Virus record (IMG/VR): IMGVR_UViG_2872534562_000004
Span: 203-64,202 of that record
Source: a virus
Reading direction: 5' to 3' (one strand)
Length of the DNA stretch: 64,000 bases
The translations under genes and the position numbers were made by a program. The first letter of the stretch is position 1. Each line of letters opens with the position of its first letter. This document shows, piece by piece, positions 1 to 9,089 of the stretch. The notes beneath the pieces were generated by a model, which was not told where the DNA came from, did not search any database, and saw only the letters and a list, made by a program, of their open reading frames with translations.

Positions 1-2
1 AG

Positions 3-839
3 GAGGCGACGCTCCAGGCGATAGCTGCGACATGGCTGGGGGATGTGGTCGACCGGGACCTGACTTCCCAGGTGTTGGTCGAGTACGCAATGGATCGCAT
101 CGAGAAGGGCGGCGTGCAGCCGCAGACTGTAGGCAACGATCTTTCTCACCTCGGTGCCGTCTTGACGGTTGCACGCCCAGCATGGGGCTACGAGGTGGAT
201 CCGGTGGCCATGGCCGACGCCAGGCGCGTTCTGCGCAAGATGGGAGGGGTTTCCAGGAGCAACGAGCGGGACAGGCGCCCAACTTTGGAGGAGCTTGACA
301 CCATCCTTGCCTACTTCGTTGAAATGCGGGAGCGTCGCAAGCAGCAGATCGACATGGTTCGGATGATCGGCTTTGCGATTTTCTCAACGCGCCGCCAGGA
401 AGAGATCACCCGGATCCGCTGGGACGCCATCGACGAAGCACGCCAGGCAGTACTGATCACGGACATGAAGAATCCGGGCCAGAAATACGGGAATGATGTC
501 TGGTGCCACCTGCCAGACCAGGCATGGCGCATCTTGCATTCGATGCCCCGGCGCGAGGAGTTCGTGTTCCCGTACAACGCGAAGTCGGTCAGCGCTTCGT
601 TTACCAGGGCTTGCAGCTTCTTGGAGATCGATGATCTCCACTTTCACGACCTGCGCCATGATGGCATCAGTCGGCTTTTCGAAATCGGATGGGATATTCC
701 GCGCGTGGCCAGCGTCTCGGGCCATCGGGACTGGAATTCGATGCGGCGTTACACGCATCTGAGAGGGAACGGCGACAAGTACGAAGACTGGCCGTGGTTG
801 GAGCAGATAATAGAGGGCCCCACGATCGAGGCCCGGTAG
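3..839 (+). CDS. int: Tyrosine recombinase/phage integrase, 5'-truncated by window
   Basis: Frame open from base 3; catalytic motifs STRRQEEI, DMKNP, HFHDLRH, SGHRDW, RRYTHL. Confidence 0.95.
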   Translation, partial: EATLQAIAATWLGDVVDRDLTSQVLVEYAMDRIEKGGVQPQTVGNDLSHLGAVLTVARPAWGYEVDPVAMADARRVLRKMGGVSRSNERDRRPTLEELDTILAYFVEMRERRKQQIDMVRMIGFAIFSTRRQEEITRIRWDAIDEARQAVLITDMKNPGQKYGNDVWCHLPDQAWRILHSMPRREEFVFPYNAKSVSASFTRACSFLEIDDLHFHDLRHDGISRLFEIGWDIPRVASVSGHRDWNSMRRYTHLRGNGDKYEDWPWLEQIIEGPTIEAR

Positions 840-848
840 GCGGGAGGG

Positions 849-1133
849 TTAGGATGCACGGCGCAGGGTTCTGCGCCCCATGAGCTTTTCGTGCTCCTCC
901 TTCGCCGTTCTGTGCCGTTCGTCAAGGTAGTTCGCCAGGTCCGTCAGGTGTACGCCACGCGCAGACTTCTGGCTGTTCTCCATGCGTACCAGCGGCAAGT
1001 CGATTTCGCCGGCCGCTACCTTCATCTTCATTTTCTCGGGGGTCAGGTGGCTGAAGTAGTCGGCGCAGACGCGTTCGAGGGGAATGATGGCGGCGCCATC
1101 GTACTGAGCCATCAACAGAAACAGGGTGTTCAT
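849..1133 (-). CDS. Pyocin activator PrtN-family protein (probable excisionase)
   Basis: MNTLFLLMAQY...IPLERVCADYFSHL...SQKSARGVHLTDLANYLD; convergent with integrase. Confidence 0.85.
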   Translation of the reverse strand: MNTLFLLMAQYDGAAIIPLERVCADYFSHLTPEKMKMKVAAGEIDLPLVRMENSQKSARGVHLTDLANYLDERHRTAKEEHEKLMGRRTLRRAS

Positions 1134-1208
1134 TGGGCGTTACCTATCCCAGCTCTCCGGCCGGGCTGTTCCGCGACCCTTTCCGTTGGGCCGCGGGCAT
1201 GGATGATT

Positions 1209-1595
1209 TCAGGTAGGATGCACCGGCTCACCGGTGACGGGACCAGCCTTGGCGGGCATGTGCCCCTGATCCGGTGGGCTTTCGCTGGGCGAAGGTCTGG
1301 CCGGAAACGGCTTTCCCGCCAGGATGCCCAGGGCGTCGGTGGCGCGCTGGACGATGTTGAGCGCCACCTGCAGCGCCGCCGCGTCATCTTGCATGCGCAT
1401 GAGTGCGGTCATCTTGGGCCGGTGCTCGGCACATACTCTGTCGCGAAGCTGACCGGCGGCGCGGCGAACAGCGTCGGCCGTACCGTGGTGCTGGAGCACC
1501 AGGGCCATGACCAGTACCACGTCGACGCTGTGCATCTGCATCGTGGTTGTGCGAAGGAGCCAGCGGGGAAGTGCGATGCCTGGTTTCTGCTTCAT
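1209..1595 (-). CDS. Hypothetical phage protein
   Basis: ATG overlaps upstream stop (ATGA); in early operon. Confidence 0.65.
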   Translation of the reverse strand: MKQKPGIALPRWLLRTTTMQMHSVDVVLVMALVLQHHGTADAVRRAAGQLRDRVCAEHRPKMTALMRMQDDAAALQVALNIVQRATDALGILAGKPFPARPSPSESPPDQGHMPAKAGPVTGEPVHPT

Positions 1596-1714
1596 CCGAA
1601 GCACCCCGTCTGCCAGGCCGCCAGCGTGCGAACGATCGGGAATATCTCCACCAGCCCCACCACGGCCAGGCCGAGGGCGGCGATGATGCCGAGGGCGGTC
1701 AGTGCTCTACGCAT
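1592..1714 (-). CDS. Small membrane protein (40 aa)
   Basis: MRRALTALGIIAALGLAVVGLVEIF; SD GGAGG; coupled to neighbours. Confidence 0.65.
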   Translation of the reverse strand: MRRALTALGIIAALGLAVVGLVEIFPIVRTLAAWQTGCFG

Positions 1715-3335
1715 CGCGCGGCCCTCCCTGAGTCGCCGTTGCCCGGTCGAGACGTTCGATCTCGGCCAGCGCCAGGGCGCAGGCCTTGACCATATCGCGT
1801 CGAGCAGTGCTCGGCTTCCACCACTGTTCATCCCAGGGCCATGCCAGCGACACCAGCAGGGCTGCGGTTTCATCGTTCGGAGCGCTGGAGCCGGCCAGGG
1901 CGTAGCAGGCGGAGGCGCGGGCCATCTGGCCGTGGCTGTGCTCGTCGTCATGCTCCGGCGTCCATCCCTCGGCCTCGACCTGCCGTCGGCGCTCTTCCTG
2001 CACGTCGATCCAGGCTTGAGGCACTTCCTTGCCGGGCGCGGCGGCGAGCACTTTGCGCGCGACCTTGATGCATTCGCCGAAGCCATTCACATAACCGTCG
2101 CTGTAGCCACCTTTCGGCTGGTCGGACTGATCATGGCCAACCATGTGGCCAGCATGAGTGCGCTCCAGCGCTTGAAGAAGTTCGGCGTGGTCCGGCACGC
2201 TGTGCTGAGCCTGGGCTACAGGGGCGCCGCCCAGCGCGGCTTGAACGGCCATCTCCTCATCTACGGTGCTGAATTGCATCAGGCCGTTGGCGCTCAGTTT
2301 GCGCAGAAGCATCTCCAGCTCCGCGACCCTAGCCAGGGCGGCGTCGCAGTCAGCGCGGAGCCGAAGTACGTCGGACAGCGACGCACTCTTGTACGCATCG
2401 GCACAGCCGTCAAAGTAGCCAAGCGCAGCAGTGCCGCAGGCGGCCAGTCGCATGCGCTCAGCTTCCAGCTCCGCCTCCAGCCCCGCCACCCTGGCCTGAG
2501 CGGCGTCGCGCTCCGCCGTGCGGCTCGAAACCAGACCATCGAGACGAGCAATTTCCGCTTCCCGTTCTCTGATTTCGTTCTGTAATGCCCGGTACGTTTC
2601 CTGGCCAGCATCCATGTAATCGCTCTTGTGCTGGCGGAGTTGGGTGATCACCGCCCGCAGCGCCCCGACGATGCGGTCGTGCTGGGCGACGGTCATCAGC
2701 GGCGTCTGGACCTTGGCGCACACCTCAAGCGCGATACCGCATTCTTCGGCAGATAGGATCGTTCCGTCTTCGTAACGGACGGCCACCACCTCCGGCCGCT
2801 CCGCCTCTGCCTGCTCAGGCCTGATTGCTTCATCGGGAGCTTCGTTGAACGCTTCCGCATGCGGGGCGAGGTTGAGCGGGTCGAGTTGCTCGCGAAACGC
2901 CTGGAGCCGCTCGATGCGCTCCGCCTCTTTCTCCGGAGTGGACTCGAACTCGTACAGCCGCTGGGCGGCTTCGACTACCAGCCGCGACGACACGCCAGCG
3001 CTGAAGCGGACGCCACCGACCTTGGCTGGATGTTCCAGCTTGGGCCAATGGTTGAATGCTCGGCGGGCGAGGGCAATGTCGCAGACCGCAGCCGGAACAG
3101 GCTGGCCGTCCTCGCCCTCGAGTTCGTTGGCCAGCCACTCTTCGAAGCTGGCTTCCGATCGAGCCGGCGCCTGGTCCTTGATCAGGGCCAGCAGGCTCTC
3201 GGCGGAAGAGTGAACGTCGTCGAGGTCCGTCGACCAGCGGTGCGGGGTGTTGTCGTGGATGTTGTCCAGAGCTTCGACGATGCCGCGCAGGCGGATGGCG
3301 CACTGCTCGATCAGTTGGTGTTGGGTAGAGGACAT
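1707..3335 (-). CDS. Mosaic Ead/Ea22-like early protein with C-terminal all-alpha (MazG-like?) domain
   Basis: Coiled coils; C-terminal ERRRQVEAEGWTPEHDDEH...WPW...WWKP...LALAEIERLD. Confidence 0.7.
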   Translation of the reverse strand: MSSTQHQLIEQCAIRLRGIVEALDNIHDNTPHRWSTDLDDVHSSAESLLALIKDQAPARSEASFEEWLANELEGEDGQPVPAAVCDIALARRAFNHWPKLEHPAKVGGVRFSAGVSSRLVVEAAQRLYEFESTPEKEAERIERLQAFREQLDPLNLAPHAEAFNEAPDEAIRPEQAEAERPEVVAVRYEDGTILSAEECGIALEVCAKVQTPLMTVAQHDRIVGALRAVITQLRQHKSDYMDAGQETYRALQNEIREREAEIARLDGLVSSRTAERDAAQARVAGLEAELEAERMRLAACGTAALGYFDGCADAYKSASLSDVLRLRADCDAALARVAELEMLLRKLSANGLMQFSTVDEEMAVQAALGGAPVAQAQHSVPDHAELLQALERTHAGHMVGHDQSDQPKGGYSDGYVNGFGECIKVARKVLAAAPGKEVPQAWIDVQEERRRQVEAEGWTPEHDDEHSHGQMARASACYALAGSSAPNDETAALLVSLAWPWDEQWWKPSTARRDMVKACALALAEIERLDRATATQGGPRDA

Positions 3336-3436
3336 TGCGGTGTCTCCGGTTGCTCCGGCGCCGGCGGCCGGCAGCGGAAGCATTTGCACAGGCCTATCCG
3401 TTGGCCTGTGGTGCGGCAGATGGTGGGGCGGTTCAT
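3311..3436 (-). CDS. Small Cys-rich protein (41 aa)
   Basis: MNRPTICRTTGQRIGLCKCFRC; ATGA overlap with upstream gene. Confidence 0.45.
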   Translation of the reverse strand: MNRPTICRTTGQRIGLCKCFRCRPPAPEQPETPQCPLPNTN

Positions 3437-3939
3437 TTCGTGGCGTCTTGCTTCATGGCTTTGGCGTGGCCGACGCAGGTGCGGACTGGGTTGCCCTGGT
3501 CGTCCAGGTCGGCGTGGCAGTAGAACCGGCTGAGTTCCTGCCGGCAGTAGATGGCATCGGAGGTGGTGACCGGCGAGGTGTTCGCCGGGGTGCCGAGTCG
3601 ATAGGCGCAGCAGGCGCACGTGCCGCGAGGGTTCACCGTTGCGGCCAGGACAACGCCCTGCAGCGCTCCGAACATCGTCGGGAGGTTCGCCTGCTCCGCG
3701 GTGTGCGGATGTTCGCCGCGCTCGATGAGGATCAACTCGACCATCGCTCGGCAGTTCTCGGCGACGGCGTTGGCCATGCCCAGCACCTGGGCGAACAGGT
3801 CGAGCATGGTGGCCGGGTCGCGCTGGGCGGCCATCTTCTCCAGCACCTGGCGGCGCAGGTCCGCCGGAAGAAGCACGGCGCCGGCCAGTTCGTGCGCGTC
3901 GGCGGCGCTGATCCGGTAGTCGACATGGGGCTCAGCCAT
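3433..3939 (-). CDS. Hypothetical protein with C-terminal Cys/His cluster
   Basis: SD AGGAGG; CACCAYR...FYCH...CVGH. Confidence 0.75.
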   Translation of the reverse strand: MAEPHVDYRISAADAHELAGAVLLPADLRRQVLEKMAAQRDPATMLDLFAQVLGMANAVAENCRAMVELILIERGEHPHTAEQANLPTMFGALQGVVLAATVNPRGTCACCAYRLGTPANTSPVTTSDAIYCRQELSRFYCHADLDDQGNPVRTCVGHAKAMKQDATK

Positions 3940-4126
3940 GGCTCCTCCTGGGGTTTACTCGTAAGGACCTGCCGTGGTTGAGCTGTCGAAACTCGGTGCA
4001 GATGACGATCACGTCGGGGCCGTCACGGCGGTGGACCGGCATGTTGCTGAAGTCGAGGCTCGAACAGTCGTCCAGGCGTCGCTCGCAGGCGCGGCAGCGC
4101 CCGCCCTTGGGGTAGTAGTTGGGCAT
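3932..4126 (-). CDS. Small zinc-finger-like protein
   Basis: MPNYYPKGGRCRAC...C...VICTEF. Confidence 0.65.
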   Translation of the reverse strand: MPNYYPKGGRCRACERRLDDCSSLDFSNMPVHRRDGPDVIVICTEFRQLNHGRSLRVNPRRSHG

Positions 4127-4133
4127 GGTTGGC

Positions 4134-4895
4134 TCAGGTGAAGAGGGTGGGCTGGGCGCTCTTGTCCAGCGCCTGCTGGATCTTGGTGAAGGCCTCGGGG
4201 TGCTGCTGGTCGAACGCTGGCATGCGGGCAGACTCAACCCAGGTGCCGCGCTCGGCGCCCTTGTCGAGCCAGGATCGTGTCCAGTTCGTCGCGCTGACGC
4301 CGCATTCGGCGATCTGCTTCGTGGTGATGAAGCCCTGGCGGCGAAGCGTGGCGATCACTTTCAACGCGCCTTCCTTCCACTCGGTGAGGCGCAGCGGCGC
4401 CGGAACGCCGGCGGGCACGTCGGGGACCACGATCGGGACGTGGCAGCGTTCAGCGGGGTTCCAGTCGAACAGTTGCGGCCCGCTCAAGTGCTGGAGCCAG
4501 TAGCGCAAGTGGAACTCGGGGAAGTCGACGAACTTGCCGTCGCGCCGACGGTGTCCGCGGGACGGCGCGAGCACTGCGATGCCGCACATTTCAAGCAGGC
4601 GCGCGATTCCCTGGCTGGCCTCGGTGATCCGCCCGACAATGACCATGCGGTGATCTGGCCCGGGCGCCCCGTACCGGTCCTGCCAGTGCTGCGGCAGGAT
4701 CTGGTCGGCCACCTTGGCGTTCAACTGCAATTTGGCCTCGACGCCGATCTGCCGGCCTTCCTCATGGACCACCAGGATGTCGAACCCGGCAGTCTCCGGG
4801 TAGCAGGTCCAGCCGGGGACTCGGTTGAACTCGTCGATGAACGCCGCGCAGAGTTCGGCCTCGCTCTGCACCAGCGGCGCATTGGATCTGGTCAT
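4134..4895 (-). CDS. PD-(D/E)xK nuclease-like protein
   Basis: E...YPETAGFDIL...IGVEAK motif. Confidence 0.7.
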   Translation of the reverse strand: MTRSNAPLVQSEAELCAAFIDEFNRVPGWTCYPETAGFDILVVHEEGRQIGVEAKLQLNAKVADQILPQHWQDRYGAPGPDHRMVIVGRITEASQGIARLLEMCGIAVLAPSRGHRRRDGKFVDFPEFHLRYWLQHLSGPQLFDWNPAERCHVPIVVPDVPAGVPAPLRLTEWKEGALKVIATLRRQGFITTKQIAECGVSATNWTRSWLDKGAERGTWVESARMPAFDQQHPEAFTKIQQALDKSAQPTLFT

Positions 4896-5380
4896 GGCGT
4901 TACCCTCGGCGCCCAAGGCTGGAGCGCTTGATTTCCAGGCACGTACAGAGGGTGGCGCGGGTGGCCATCCTTCGTCGTGCCAAGACACCAGAGGCGCCCG
5001 CCGGCGGCGGTCAAGATGCTGGTTACGGCTTCTACTCGCTCGGGCTTCGCATTGGCGCCCCAGGCGCACACGATGTCGGTGTACTCTCGGGCGATCGCGC
5101 GCAGGCGCCAGTCGTTGTCTGGGCCTACTGGGTCGCTGTGCTGCCAGAGGTCGGCCGGGTTCGTCGCGCGCAAGGCGTACAGATTGACGACGGCGATCCC
5201 GTTGCAGCCCCAGGCCGAGGCGAAGTTGCGGCAGCGCCGGATCGTTGGATCGTCGAGCGCGGCATCAGCGGTGCTCGGATTGAGCATTAGGAAAACCGCT
5301 GTGCCTTTGTCGGCCAGGCAGTCGCCAGGGCGAGTCAGAAGGTAACGGTACTGGCCGCATTCGCTGATGATGGCGCTCAT
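4892..5380 (-). CDS. DUF1643 family protein
   Basis: SECGQYRYLLTR, FLMLNPSTADA..DDPTIRRC, NLYALRATNP, PRHPLY. Confidence 0.88.
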   Translation of the reverse strand: MSAIISECGQYRYLLTRPGDCLADKGTAVFLMLNPSTADAALDDPTIRRCRNFASAWGCNGIAVVNLYALRATNPADLWQHSDPVGPDNDWRLRAIAREYTDIVCAWGANAKPERVEAVTSILTAAGGRLWCLGTTKDGHPRHPLYVPGNQALQPWAPRVTP

Positions 5381-6072
5381 GGTGTCACCCGCTTGAACTC
5401 GACGACCCAGACCCATGGGTTTTCGGCCCAGCTTCCCTCGCCGTTGAGCGATTCCCAGAGGAAGCCGAACGCCCCCTTGGCTGTGTCGCCCCAGCAGCCG
5501 ATATCGGCGCAGGCTTGCCGAGCGTGGTCGCATGGCTCGCCGCGCACTCCCTCTGCCAAAGCCTGCTCTTCGCTGATGTCCTGCAGGCGCTCGACGCGCA
5601 CCGCGGTGATCTCCAGTAGGATGCGGCAGGCCCAACGGGGCATGTGGATGCTGGGCCGACCTTTTCCAGCCCAGTCCGGCAGCGGTTGGTCATCTGGGTA
5701 AATCGGCTCCTCGCGTCCTGCAGGCCCGACGCTCTGCCAGCCGCCGGCGGTGTAGAGGACGGTGATGCCTCGACCTTCGGCGAGCAGCGGCGCAAGGATG
5801 TCCGCTGGCGCGGTCTTATCGTGCGGCTTGCCAACGTGCCAGGTCTCACGCACCCACAACCGGTCGCCGGGCTCGCCGTAGGGGCAGGTGATGCGTGCGT
5901 GCAGGCCGGCATCAAGCGTCTTGAATGGCGTATTGGGATCGACCATTGAGCCGAGGAAGTCGGGCTGCGGCTTCACCACTCGGCGCGTGACCGTCTTCCT
6001 ACCTTCCAGGATGGCGCGGACCATCTGGTCGTTGAACAGGATTGGCCGCTCCCGCGGCTTTTCTGCGGACAT
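5377..6072 (-). CDS. ASCH/PUA-like phage protein
   Basis: PILFNDQMVRAILEGRKTVTRR...PSIHMPRWACRI...ERLQDIS...NPWVWVVEF. Confidence 0.8.
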   Translation of the reverse strand: MSAEKPRERPILFNDQMVRAILEGRKTVTRRVVKPQPDFLGSMVDPNTPFKTLDAGLHARITCPYGEPGDRLWVRETWHVGKPHDKTAPADILAPLLAEGRGITVLYTAGGWQSVGPAGREEPIYPDDQPLPDWAGKGRPSIHMPRWACRILLEITAVRVERLQDISEEQALAEGVRGEPCDHARQACADIGCWGDTAKGAFGFLWESLNGEGSWAENPWVWVVEFKRVTP

Positions 6073-6157
6073 AGGGAATACCTCTCGCCTGATGGCGAAA
6101 TGCAATTGAGTGGACTAGGTTCATTGGACCGGCGAATGGCCGGGGAGGGAGGGACCT

Positions 6158-6397
6158 ATGGACTGCTTCATCTGCGGCGCAGAATCGACGGACAGCAATG
6201 TTCCGGACGCGATCTTGGTTGGCTGCCCAAACTGCGGGTCGTACAGGATTACGCGGACAGCATTGCAGTGCCTCGAGAACAATGAGTTTCGTCTTGATAC
6301 CGACATAACCAGGGAGTGGCTCGCTAGGCAGGTAGGTAGCGGTGAAATCCCGTTGATTGATTCGGGCATCGCGGCAAAGTGCGCACGGCGTGCATAG
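6158..6397 (+). CDS. Antisense moron: zinc-ribbon protein (79 aa)
   Basis: CFIC...CPNCG; strong SD GGAGGG; lower GC; opposite to operon. Confidence 0.75.
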   Translation: MDCFICGAESTDSNVPDAILVGCPNCGSYRITRTALQCLENNEFRLDTDITREWLARQVGSGEIPLIDSGIAAKCARRA

Positions 6398-6417
6398 CCA
6401 ACAATTGGTGGCACTGA

Positions 6418-6867
6418 TCAGTTGGAGAGTGCGTGCTCCTGCTTCGAGCGGTTCCAGGGATGCCTGCGCCCGGGCTTGGGCTGCTGGCGCGGGGTGGTGA
6501 GGGCGTCGCGCAGGCTCATGCCGGCGGCGACGCGGCGGCGGACGGTCGTTGCGTGGACCGGGCTCTGGAAGTGCTCCACCAGCTCGGCGATGGTCCCGGT
6601 CACGCCGTCGACGGTTAATCGTCGGCTCTCGCTCCAGCGTTCGTGCGCGCGCTCCAGCGCTGCGGCCTGCGCCGGCGTGCAGCGTCCGCGCTTCTGCTCG
6701 TTCGCACGCTGGTGGTCGGCTGAGCATCCGCGTGCTGGCCAGGTGATCTCCGGCATCAGGGTCAGCAGCTCCCGGAACTTCCAGGGGCCCAGGCCGAGCG
6801 CGTGCATGGTGGCGCGCCGGGAAAGCCCGCGCGCGGCGGACTCCCGGATGAACTGTTCGGTGTTCAC
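6418..6867 (-). CDS. Hypothetical HTH-like phage protein
   Basis: GTG start after AGGAGG; NTEQFIRESAARGLSRRATM. Confidence 0.7.
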   Translation of the reverse strand: MNTEQFIRESAARGLSRRATMHALGLGPWKFRELLTLMPEITWPARGCSADHQRANEQKRGRCTPAQAAALERAHERWSESRRLTVDGVTGTIAELVEHFQSPVHATTVRRRVAAGMSLRDALTTPRQQPKPGRRHPWNRSKQEHALSN

Positions 6868-7028
6868 GGTTGCACCTCCTGGTGCACGAAGCTCTCCGTA
6901 AACGCCACTGGATGTCCGCAGAATGGTGCTGACTTGTAGGGTGGTCTCCTGGCGTACTCGTTGTTGCGGGCAATAGCTACCGGATCCGGCGCCTGGTAGG
7001 GGCCGGCGACGTAAATGATGGGGTACAT
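6864..7028 (-). pseudogene. Remnant of a nucleoside deoxyribosyltransferase-like (DUF4406/DUF1937-type) gene
   Basis: MYPIIYVAGPYQAPD..AIARN N-terminus but only 54 codons. Confidence 0.45.
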
Positions 7029-7090
7029 TGGAGTTCTCGCGATGTACGGGCGCACAATGCATAATCAGCGCTAGCTGAAGGGGAATTTAT

Positions 7091-7750
7091 ATGCTCAAGG
7101 ACAAGCAAAGTTGGCTAGTCGCAGTTCTTCTGTTTGTTAGTGGAGGCGTGTTTTTCAATATCCTTCCATCCGTATCTCTGGCTATTAGCTTGGGCTGGAA
7201 TGCACTTTCGGCAATTGGAACTGTTGGGGCTGTTTTAGTCTCTTTGGGGCTTGCCGTGACGTCTTGGTGGAACAGGCGAGGAGAAGAAAAACTAAGAGCG
7301 AAACTTGTTGCTGCTAGAATTCGGCCAGTTCTTGTTGATTTAATTAATCAACTTGAATACTTCAGTGCTTGGTACTATTTCGATAATCTGGATAGTCCTG
7401 GCGAGATCGAGGATATTCGTGGGTTGGTTAAGCCTTTGAGGATTTGTACAGATTCGATTTCAAAGGAAGACATAGAGCGCTTGGTGGTGCTTGACCAAAA
7501 GTCAACCGGCTATCTTTCCAGTGGAGTCGGTCGAGTTGAAGCAGTAATAAGTGAAGTCGAAAGAGTAACCGGTGATTGGGATGAGATAACGGACGTCCAG
7601 AAGGGTAGATACAGAGATACTTGGGGGCCGACCCTAGATGAGGCGAGGGACCATATCTACCAGGCGATGGATGTTATCGAGAAGGCTGTGAATGATGTCG
7701 CTCCTGAGATAGATTGGAGCCAGGTGTACGCCGACCATCACGAAGATTGA
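7091..7750 (+). CDS. Antisense moron: membrane protein with two N-terminal TM helices
   Basis: AT-rich; hydrophobic WLVAVLLFVSGGVFF and LSAIGTVGAVLVSLGLAV segments. Confidence 0.85.
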   Translation: MLKDKQSWLVAVLLFVSGGVFFNILPSVSLAISLGWNALSAIGTVGAVLVSLGLAVTSWWNRRGEEKLRAKLVAARIRPVLVDLINQLEYFSAWYYFDNLDSPGEIEDIRGLVKPLRICTDSISKEDIERLVVLDQKSTGYLSSGVGRVEAVISEVERVTGDWDEITDVQKGRYRDTWGPTLDEARDHIYQAMDVIEKAVNDVAPEIDWSQVYADHHED

Positions 7751-7821
7751 CGGTGATTATGCCTGGCAGTTCGGGTAGGTTCGGATGGCCCGGCATGGGG
7801 CCGGGCCTTATGGAGTTGTAT

Positions 7822-8082
7822 ATGAGCGATGACCTGAAAGCAGTGGACCGTCCCCGCAACGTGCGCTGGAATGGCCCGAAGGGGCAAGAAGGATACCTTC
7901 AGTTCAAATGGAGTGACGATTCTGCGAACCCGATTCCGAGAGGTATCCGGATCGAAGTTAGAGCGAAAGATGGTCGCACCGGAACGCACGAGGACGATGA
8001 GGTATGCGCGTCGTACGAGGCTTGCCGTACCCGTGGTATCCAAGTGATGCAACAGATGATGCGGGACATTGATCCTGACTAA
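7822..8082 (+). CDS. Antisense moron: hypothetical protein (86 aa)
   Basis: SD GGAG; ATG 7822; own leader hairpin. Confidence 0.75.
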   Translation: MSDDLKAVDRPRNVRWNGPKGQEGYLQFKWSDDSANPIPRGIRIEVRAKDGRTGTHEDDEVCASYEACRTRGIQVMQQMMRDIDPD

Positions 8083-8197
8083 GGCGGCAATGGGCCTCGA
8101 CGCTGCCAATCCGCGGCGGTGCCCGGTTGAAGCTGGCAGCGCCGCCGCCGAGGCCGCAGCAGAAGTGGAAGTGGTAGAGCTTGCGCTTGATAGTCAT
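8083..8197 (-). pseudogene. 5' fragment of a C5-cytosine DNA methyltransferase
   Basis: HFHFCCGLGGGA resembles motif I (FxGxGG); the frame then runs into the antisense strand of the moron and stops at 7958. Confidence 0.65.
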
Positions 8198-8316
8198 GCG
8201 GCGGGGTCCTGATTGGGAATGTAGATAGGCTCCACGCCAGGCATGCTGGCGCGGTGATATTGGATTGGTGTAGGGTCGGATGCGCCCGGCATGGAGCCGG
8301 AGAGGAGTGTTTGAAA

Positions 8317-8943
8317 TTGGATGCTCACGTTTTTATCGATAACTCAAACGTGTTCGGTGGGGCTCAGAGAGCCGCTGAAGCTATCGAGCCCGGAATAGTT
8401 CGTAAGTCGGTACGTGTCTATTACAAGAATCTTTTCAAACTGATCGAGAATGGATTCCGACCTGTCACCCGCGTGCTCGCAGGATCGTTACCACCTGGTA
8501 ACGATTCGCTATGGGATCACGCGAGGAATAAGGGCTATGACACTGATCTTCTGCATCGCGTCGATCGTGACGATGGGCGCGTGGCCGAGCAGGGGGTGGA
8601 TGAAATTGTCCATCTCAAGATTGCCAACGCTCTTCTCGACTTTGACGCGCCTCAAGCCTTGGTTCTCGTTACTGGCGACGGCAATGACTCGGACTTCGGA
8701 ACGAGCTTCCTTCAGCAAGTTCGCCGCGCATTGAAACTTGGGTGGGAGGTCCATGTTTGGTCGTGGGCTGCTCAACAGTCAGGAAAATATGCGCGGCTTG
8801 CTGAGGAAACGACCGGCGTGTTGGTGGTCCATCAATTTGACCCGTACTATCGATCTCTGACTTTCCTGCAGGAAGGTGATTACAACGTAGCCGGCGTTAC
8901 TGTTCACGCTGCCAGCCGGGTTGTTGAGCGATTGGACATCTGA
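8317..8943 (+). CDS. Antisense moron: NYN (PIN-like) domain ribonuclease
   Basis: VFIDNSN, EQGVD, LVTGDGND..F acidic motifs; SD AGGAG with TTG start (8311 or 8317). Confidence 0.85.
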   Translation: MDAHVFIDNSNVFGGAQRAAEAIEPGIVRKSVRVYYKNLFKLIENGFRPVTRVLAGSLPPGNDSLWDHARNKGYDTDLLHRVDRDDGRVAEQGVDEIVHLKIANALLDFDAPQALVLVTGDGNDSDFGTSFLQQVRRALKLGWEVHVWSWAAQQSGKYARLAEETTGVLVVHQFDPYYRSLTFLQEGDYNVAGVTVHAASRVVERLDI

Positions 8944-8952
8944 TCCTCAAAG

Positions 8953-8975
8953 CGGGGCTTCTCAGCCCCGTATTT
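8953..8975 (+). terminator. Hairpin terminator after NYN gene
   Basis: CGGGGCT-tctc-AGCCCCG-TATTT. Confidence 0.55.
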
Positions 8976-9059
8976 CAAGGTATGCGGCTACGAACTGCGT
9001 CACCTCTTCGTGATTGATGGCTTTTACGTAGCCGCGTTGTCGTGGGCCGCCGTGCTCAT
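8962..9059 (-). pseudogene. Collapsed remnant of a second C5-methyltransferase gene
   Basis: MSTAAHDN fused out of frame to RGYVKAINHEEVTQFVAAYLEI, resembling motif X (RGYGNAI). Confidence 0.5.
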
Positions 9060-9089
9060 GCCGCGGACACCGTGGTGTAGTTGTAGGTG

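Noticed and set aside
891..2585. 564-aa + strand ORF and similar long shadow ORFs (e.g. 35705-37048, 35940-37628, 48589-50094)
   Set aside because: Overlap well-supported genes; expected in high-GC DNA with codon bias; no motifs or SD
7958..8197. 79-aa ORF as a functional methyltransferase
   Set aside because: Only motif I is present; the remainder is the antisense of the neighbouring moron
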